From: the human T2T-CHM13v2.0 reference genome, Homo sapiens
Strand: one strand, 5' to 3'
NCBI RefSeq assembly: GCF_009914755.1
Contig: NC_060929.1
DNA: 64,000 bases
Under the pieces are notes generated by a model. The model had not been told where the DNA came from and searched no databases. It saw only the letters and a list, made by a program, of their open reading frames with translations. A program made the position numbers and the translations under genes. Below are positions 56,831 through 64,000 of this stretch, piece by piece (the first letter of the stretch is position 1; each line of letters starts with the position of its first letter).

Positions 56831-58894
56831 TTTATTTGTTTATTATTGATATAGACCTATAAATTTTTTCCAATAGTTTATAATTGGAAATAAAATTTTA
56901 ATTAAATGGTTTATTTACTCATTTATTTAGTGAATATTTATTGAATACTTACAATATGCCACATACTCTATTCTGGTGATACAACTGTGGGCAAAACAGA
57001 TGTAACCTGTTTTTCCTCATATATATAGACATATTGTTTATGTGTTATGTACAGAGATTTGAGGACTAGAGTCTAAAAGAATATTTTTTAATACGCATGT
57101 TAAACCCTTAATTCATTTCTTCAATAGATCTGTCAAACACTGGTGTGTTGAGAACCGTTCTGGAAACTGAGAGCACAAACAGGGTCCCTGTCCTTAGGGA
57201 ATTTGCAATCAAATGGGGAAGATAATAAAGAAATAAATACACTATCAGAAGAATTGCAGGTTTTGAAAGGTGTTTTAAAAGGAAAAAAGTAAACATAAAC
57301 ACCAGAGCTAAGATAAAGGATGACGACCAAAGTAACATAGAGGCCAGTGATTACTAAAGTAAAATGAAATCTGGAAGGATCACTTCATCGTGATCTCTCA
57401 TGAATGTTTGAGTGGTGCTTCACTGGGTAAATGTTCCTTGGACTTTTTTTTTTTTGGATACTTTTCCATGGTCCTTGACCAGTTGGTTTCCAGCAGCCTC
57501 ATAACTAGGCACATGTCTGCTGTTGCCACCTGCATGGATCCAGCCTTTAGATTTGACATTTCCAAACCAGTGACCACCTATCAGTAACTTCTGCACCAGG
57601 ATACAAATGATAACATAGCCAAATCAAACCGCTTTATACTAAATATTACCTCCCTCCAACATTCAACAAATATTTCATAAAAATGCACTGTGTCCCAGGA
57701 CACTGGAATACCTGTCATTGGAATGTACATTTCAGTGAAGGATACAAACAAGTAATTAGGCAAGATACTGTAGTCAGTGTAATCACAGTGGTTAGTACAG
57801 GGTCCTGAGGGAGATTATAGAAGGAGTTTCTAACCCAGATGTGGTGGGGTTGGGGCAAGTGGACAGAAAGCCTTTCTGGAGTTGCAGCTGATACTTAAAG
57901 AGAAATGTAAGTTAGCCAGAGACCCCAAGCTGTTCCCTGCATCCAGGTGCATGCAATAGGTGCAACGTCACAAGGAAGTTAGGCACATATACCTGGATCC
58001 CCTAGTTCACCACTGTCTGCCTCCCCAGTGTCTGGCACATAATTTACACTCAGTGAATATTTTGGAACAAGTGAGTAGGTACATGCCAAAGAGACATTTT
58101 GTCCTCGGAAGAGAAGATAACCATGATAAAATTTAATATCAAATTCTTTATAACATGTAATGTATGAGATTATTTCTGTCCTATCAAGTTTGCATTCATA
58201 CTGTAGCTTTAATTACATATTAGAAAGGAGGATGGAGTGGTTTTCGAATCTGCTAGTATTAAAACATTTTTGCTGATGCCTTTAACTAGATGAGTTGTAA
58301 AGCACATTATTTATACCTGGAAGAACTGGCTTCTCTTACCCATTTAATTTTTCCAATTAACTGAAAGCCAGGTTGACTTGGCTTTGGTTCACTCTGTGGT
58401 CAAAATTTAGCATCATGGGTATTGATTAATTAGTGATGAGTCATTTGGCCTATAAGAGCATAAACTACCTGATGGCAAATTTACAGGACGAAAATTAGGC
58501 CACAGAGTAAGTGTTGTTCTTCGTTACTAAAAATGAAACTAAAAATGTCACTGCCGAAGTGGAACTAACAGGAGCAACAGAGAGAATCAAGCCAAGTGTT
58601 CTTTCCTTCCTCTCCTGTCTCCCTGACCTAGATAAGAAACCTTACCCAATCCTAACTCCTAGTTCCGTCCACCCTTATTTGAGACCCTCCCACTAAGGGA
58701 CCATTGCCATTCACTAGATCATGATGGGTATGACCCAGTGAATGGCAACATAATGCATAGGATAAATGTGCAATGGATTTTTTTTTTGTCCATCAGATTT
58801 GGGTGTTTGTTTGTATGAAAAATTTAGCCTCTTACTTGTTGTCTACCATGACCATATAGAAAAGTCATGAAAGTTTTGGAATATGAGCTCCCGG

Positions 58895-59075
58895 ATGGAA
58901 TGTGAGAATATGAGTTCTGAAGTTAGATGCCTGCATTCATTTCCCAACACCACTACTTAATGATTTGGATGCATCAGATTCTTCACTGTAAAATGGGAAG
59001 TTTAAAAGTGCCTACACCATAGGATTGTTGTGAGAATTAAGCAAGCCCATCTATGTAAAGGACTTAGCATGGCGG
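58895..59075 (+). mobile_element. MIR SINE
   Basis: ctgtaaaatggga...taggattgttgtgagaattaa...tgtaaaggacttagca. Confidence 0.7.
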
Positions 59076-59616
59076 CTCACTGTAAGCCTCATTTAGGCAT
59101 CATGATGCTCAAAAAAGGGATCACCAAAACACTTAACTGAATATCACCCCAAAATCAAGTGCCAATTCATGTAAGCAGTTGGTATTAAACAACTAGTCTG
59201 TTCTTTCTTCTTGTCTGATGTTTAGGACCTAGAATAGCTTATATGATCAGCTAATGTACTCTGATAAAAATGAAAAATACTGATTATTGAGAAAGTGTTT
59301 TTGAGAGCCCATGATGGTCAGATCTCTGTGCTAAATGCTATGGTGCACTTGAAAACAACTTCATTTCTGCCTCCAAGGAACTTACAGTCTAGTTAATGGA
59401 GACATGTCAGGAACACGTGTGTCTAAAAACATCAGTCATCAGTACAGGAGGTCAAATGATTAGCACTGTAGGCAGTGGAGTCTATTTGCTGATGGCAAGA
59501 CTTCCAGTTAAATAGATAACGAGCATCACTTAAACATTTTAATTTCCCAAAGGAAGACAATATTTGTGCATTTTAAATGCAGTTTATAGAACATGAGTTA
59601 TATATGATCACATTCC

Positions 59617-59617
59617 T

Positions 59618-59679
<62 letters not shown>
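59617..59679. repeat. Compound (CT)n(CA)n microsatellite
   Basis: Direct reading. Confidence 0.95.
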
Positions 59680-59681
<2 letters not shown>

Positions 59682-60574
59682 CACAAACCATTTAGAAGAC
59701 CATATACCACATTGTTTACTGTGGATATCTCTGACAAAAGCATTGGAACTGCAAATGGAAGGCTACTTTTCACATTTTATTCTTCAGTCTTTTGTATTGA
59801 TTGAATTTTTTTACAATTAAATCAGAAAAAACAATGGAATTATTTATTTTAGTAAAATATATTGAAGATAATTCCCTGAGAAAGCTAAATTCATCTTCTA
59901 TTAATGACTTTTTACCTGATAGTTATATAATGTGTTCTTTCTTTACAAATAAAAATTATACAATTAATAAAAGTAAGCATTTGCTATCCCACAAATATTT
60001 TTTAAATTTAATTTGGGGGTAACAAACATTTTAAATACATTATGTTACTGGTTCTGAAAAATCTAGGTCAACTTCTAGGATCTTGTTTGATGTAAGAATT
60101 TGAACTGTTTCCAAGGTAACCAATCATATCTCTAGAAAGCTTAGCTAAGCTTGTATCTCTTCATTTTGAATGCTCAGCTCTTTTTATGTCCTCCTGGAAA
60201 CCCTGAACTTTGACATACACACACATACCCACACACATGTACACACTCACTCCAGACTTTGCTTGCCTTCCATCAGGGACACAAGGTACAACAAAACCAA
60301 ATAAATGCTCATTGATTTTTAAGTTGTTTAATGCAGCTGTTTCATTATCTTTTCTGTCTTTATATACTGTAAGTGATGACAGTCAAATGTTGTGTGACTA
60401 TTCATAAAAGAAAGCATATTAATTTTGTATGAATTCCCAGGTACCTGCTCTTCAATTTATGATCATTCTTTTCTCTTTATTTTATTTTTCTCTAGCATAG
60501 ATATGAAGCCCAAGAATATGTCAATAATGTTTAGTAAAATAATATTAAATTTTTTCACTTAATTTGCTAGTATG

Positions 60575-60875
60575 GCATTGACTAATAGAAACATCATCTG
60601 AGCCACATATGTTATTTTTGGTTCCCTAGCAGCCACATTTAGAAGCAAAAAAAAAAAAATAGGTAAAATTAAATGTATTTTATTTAACTCAGTTTATCTA
60701 AAAAGCTATCATTTCAACATATAATCAATATAAAAATTAATGAGCTACTTTTTTGTACTAAGTCTTCAATATCTGGTGTGTACTTTATATGTGCAGCACA
60801 TTGCAATTTGGACAAATCATGGTGCAAACCCTTAGGAGCCATGAGTGGCTGAAGGTGACCATATTGGACAGTGAA
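60575..60875. mobile_element. MER33-like hAT-Charlie element
   Basis: ctaatagaaac...gagccacatatg...tatcatttcaacatataatcaata...ccatattggacag. Confidence 0.78.
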
Positions 60876-61000
60876 GATCTAGACAATGGTTGTTACTTCC
60901 TGTTAGTATCATCTCGTCAGTGGGATATTTAAAGACGTAGTGTATTATTTTGCAGGATTTTCTTTTCTTCCTGAAATTTAATTAATAACATATTAAATTG

Positions 61001-61294
61001 GGCCTGGTGCTGTGGCTCACACCTGTAATCCCAGCATTCTGGGAGGCCGAGGCAAGTGGATCACCTGAGGTCAGGAGTTCAAAACTAGCCTGGCCAACAT
61101 GGAGAAACCCCATCTCTACTAAAAATACAAAAATTAGCTGGGCGTCGTGGCTGGTGCCTGTAATCCCAGCTACTTGGGAAGCTGAGGCAGAAGAATCCTT
61201 TGAACCTGGGAGGCAGAGGTTACAGTGAGCTGACAGCGCCATTGCCCTCCAGCCTGGGCGACAAGAGTGAAACTCCGTCTCAAAAATATAAATA
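61001..61294 (+). mobile_element. Alu (AluSp/Sq-like)
   Basis: Full dimer with acaagagtgaaactccgtctc. Degenerate TSD aataacatattaaattg / aataacttactaaattg. Confidence 0.95.
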
Positions 61295-64000
61295 AATAAC
61301 TTACTAAATTGACTTGCTTAATTGAAAATATTTTATTTTCACTTTTCATAGGTGTCCATTTATCCTTTTTACAGAGTTTTCCTACTAATAACTAGCCATC
61401 TGAGGAAACTACAATATGTTTTTTACTCAATATTTCCTAAAAGATAATTTTCGGAAAAAGGTAAAATCATGACTCTCATACAAATATAAAATGAATATAT
61501 GTTACAGAATTTTCTTTACTCGTGATATGAGAGAACTAGGTAGCTGTTATAACCGGTTCAAAAGAAAAGTCAAAACAGTATAAATTTACATGGAGTAGAG
61601 CAATGTTGAGATGAATTCCAAATGGGAACAAAACTTTTTTCTACAAGAGGGAAAAAGTAAATTAAATTACAACCAGGTAAGGCAGAACTTACAGAGCTAC
61701 CAGTTACCTACAACTTACAATGAATTACAAAATAGCTCAAAAACAGTGAGTAGAGCTAGAATCCTATAATCCAAAAGGGTATACTATATATGATGCATGG
61801 TTTTCCATTGGAACACAAAATATTTTGTACATAATCTGATAATCAATTTAGAGCCATATAAGCATCTAGTTTAAGCTTTGTCCCAGAATTTTAGAGTAAT
61901 CATGGGCAGGTCAGAGAGATTATGCTTCATGTCTGCTGATAAACCAAGGAGTGGTATTACATGTTCTCTAAGCTTCTTTCCAGTAATATGACTTTTTAAA
62001 AGGAAGATCTCCAAAAATGCTTTTTATCTGAACACTTTTCCCCATGGATATACAGAGAGTAAGCAGAGAAGGTCCCATTCAGAAATCAGCCTCCCTACAC
62101 TGAGTGAGTAGATCTGGTTCTTCTGAGGCAGTCTCCTCACCTGCTGATGATGTCATCAAATGCACATTATAAAAGTTTGCATGTTGTCAAAAGGAAACAG
62201 GATGACCAAGTTCTCACACATCCTAGTGCTTACCACTCTTTCCACTCCCAGAAAAGAAGCAGTTCCCCCTTCCCTGGTTTGCAAGATAGATATATAATAA
62301 AATTTGCCTTCCCCACAACTTAGAAAAGAAAAGCATGGTGATTTAGAGTAAGAAAGTTATTTACTTTCACTCTAGCAAAGCAGAAAAGGTAATAGAGTGA
62401 TATGGATATTATAACACAGAGAGAATGGCTGATGGCATCATAATAGGATGCACTGGACTATTGAGAAATTCCTTGCAGGAGAGGGTGATATATAGAAGGG
62501 CAATGGATTAGAAGTCAGGATCTCAGGGTCTGCACCCACTTCTGGGAAGCCTTTCAACTTGTCCTAAATGAAGGTTATCATGTTCTTCTCATTGAATAAG
62601 GTTTATTTTTAATTATTTTCTTCAAAAAATAGAAGAAAAACATTCAGGTAGCATAAAACAAGCCTAATTTGGTATCATATATCAAATTTTGATATCTTTT
62701 TGTGGAACTCAACACACGAATCTGTGCTGTAAGGATGCAGAAGTACAGTATCAAACTTCAGAGAGGGGGACAATTTCAGTTACTCTTTTATCCTGAGGTC
62801 TACATGCGTCACCTTTGTGTAAATTTAAAAAGACTAACCTGAGCATGTTTCTTAATCTAGCCTCCATTCCTTGTGCCCACGGCTATGGCCTTTAAATCCT
62901 AATGCATGACGATGTACTCAGCTGGGCCAAGACATTTAGAAAGCAGTATGAACAGTGCTTTGTTCTAGAGGCAAGGAACCCACATGATCACTTGTGCAAT
63001 TCCCAGTCCTCTGTTTGGGAGGTAACTACTGGAAGCCACCTGAGGACTTTCTTCAGAATGAGTGGTTCTGACTCACTGAGAGACACTTCACTGCCAGTCC
63101 ACAAGCCATTTTCAATTAAGCAAATAATGTAGTATCCAGAATACTCTCTAACATTTAATGTTGAAGATTCACTTAGACTAGGAAAATCTTCAGTTAAAAG
63201 GCAGAAACTTCTCACTTTAAATGAGCATAAAATTTAGTTTGTCAATTTTGATAGCACTCACTATAAAATAGCAGTTCTATTGGACTGCTCTCTTGGTTAA
63301 AAAAAAATCTGCCGATAATAACTTGGCACATTTGAGCTATTTTTGCTTCCACACCTGAGGCGAGTAGCTTATATCTGAAGCCATCAATTTGTATACTTTC
63401 ACGAAGAACTGAACTATTTTCATGAACTGGTTACATCAATGATCTTTATTCTCATAATACCACCTCCTGTTATCTATTATGATCTTTCTTATAACAGAAG
63501 GAAACATTAAGGAGAATACTGGCCTTAAGACTTTTTTTTGCATGCATATGATAGTTATTATTTTCAGGCACTTGCTTTTTTAAAAGACTGATGTATTTGT
63601 GAAATATATCTTAATATTCTATTGTCTTTCTTCAAAACTGTCAAGAAAATCAACTAGAAAGCAGGAAACTTCTTACAAAAAATTAAAAATAGAAACAGAA
63701 TCAGATCGAACAACTGAGGATCATGCATTGCTTGGGAAAAGTAAGGTTAATAATTAATATACCCCTAACTTTCTAGCCAGCACCTCCTGCTCCCAAGGTG
63801 AGGACAGGCCCAGAGTCCCATTGTGCCTTTGGTAGTCTAAATCAATTAAAAATTGAGCTATGACTGGCCCAGTTTTTTCCATTTTCACCTCCCTCAGCTT
63901 ACATTTTCTTTTGACTTGCTTTATGACAGATAAGAGAAGAAACAGTCATGTAATGAGTCCTTACCACAAGACTTATCTTTCTTTTCTCTATTTAATTCTG

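Overview
Primate (human-like) genomic DNA, AT-rich and almost entirely intronic. The only supportable coding sequence is one 119-bp internal exon on the + strand (24589-24707) encoding [39 protein letters not shown](W), the G3/switch II region of a Rab3-family GTPase. I recognised no other Rab3 exon in the 24 kb upstream or the 39 kb downstream, which fits RAB3C with its very long introns. The supplied ORF track misses this exon, and its ORFs look like chance or repeat-derived frames. The rest is transposon relics (10 Alus, L1PA/L1M fragments, L2, MIR, MaLR/ERV LTRs, MER DNA transposons) and simple repeats. I found no convincing new biological system. The most interesting signals are DNA-repair and retrotransposition scars: an exact 60-bp templated insertion with a fold-back end, an older ~120-bp local copy, a tiny 5'-inverted L1 with an apparent 3' transduction, and an inverted, internally deleted L1MA just upstream of the exon. 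There are also candidate cryptic exons and a compact hairpin. Repeat subfamily names come from recalled consensus sequences and repeat boundaries are approximate.
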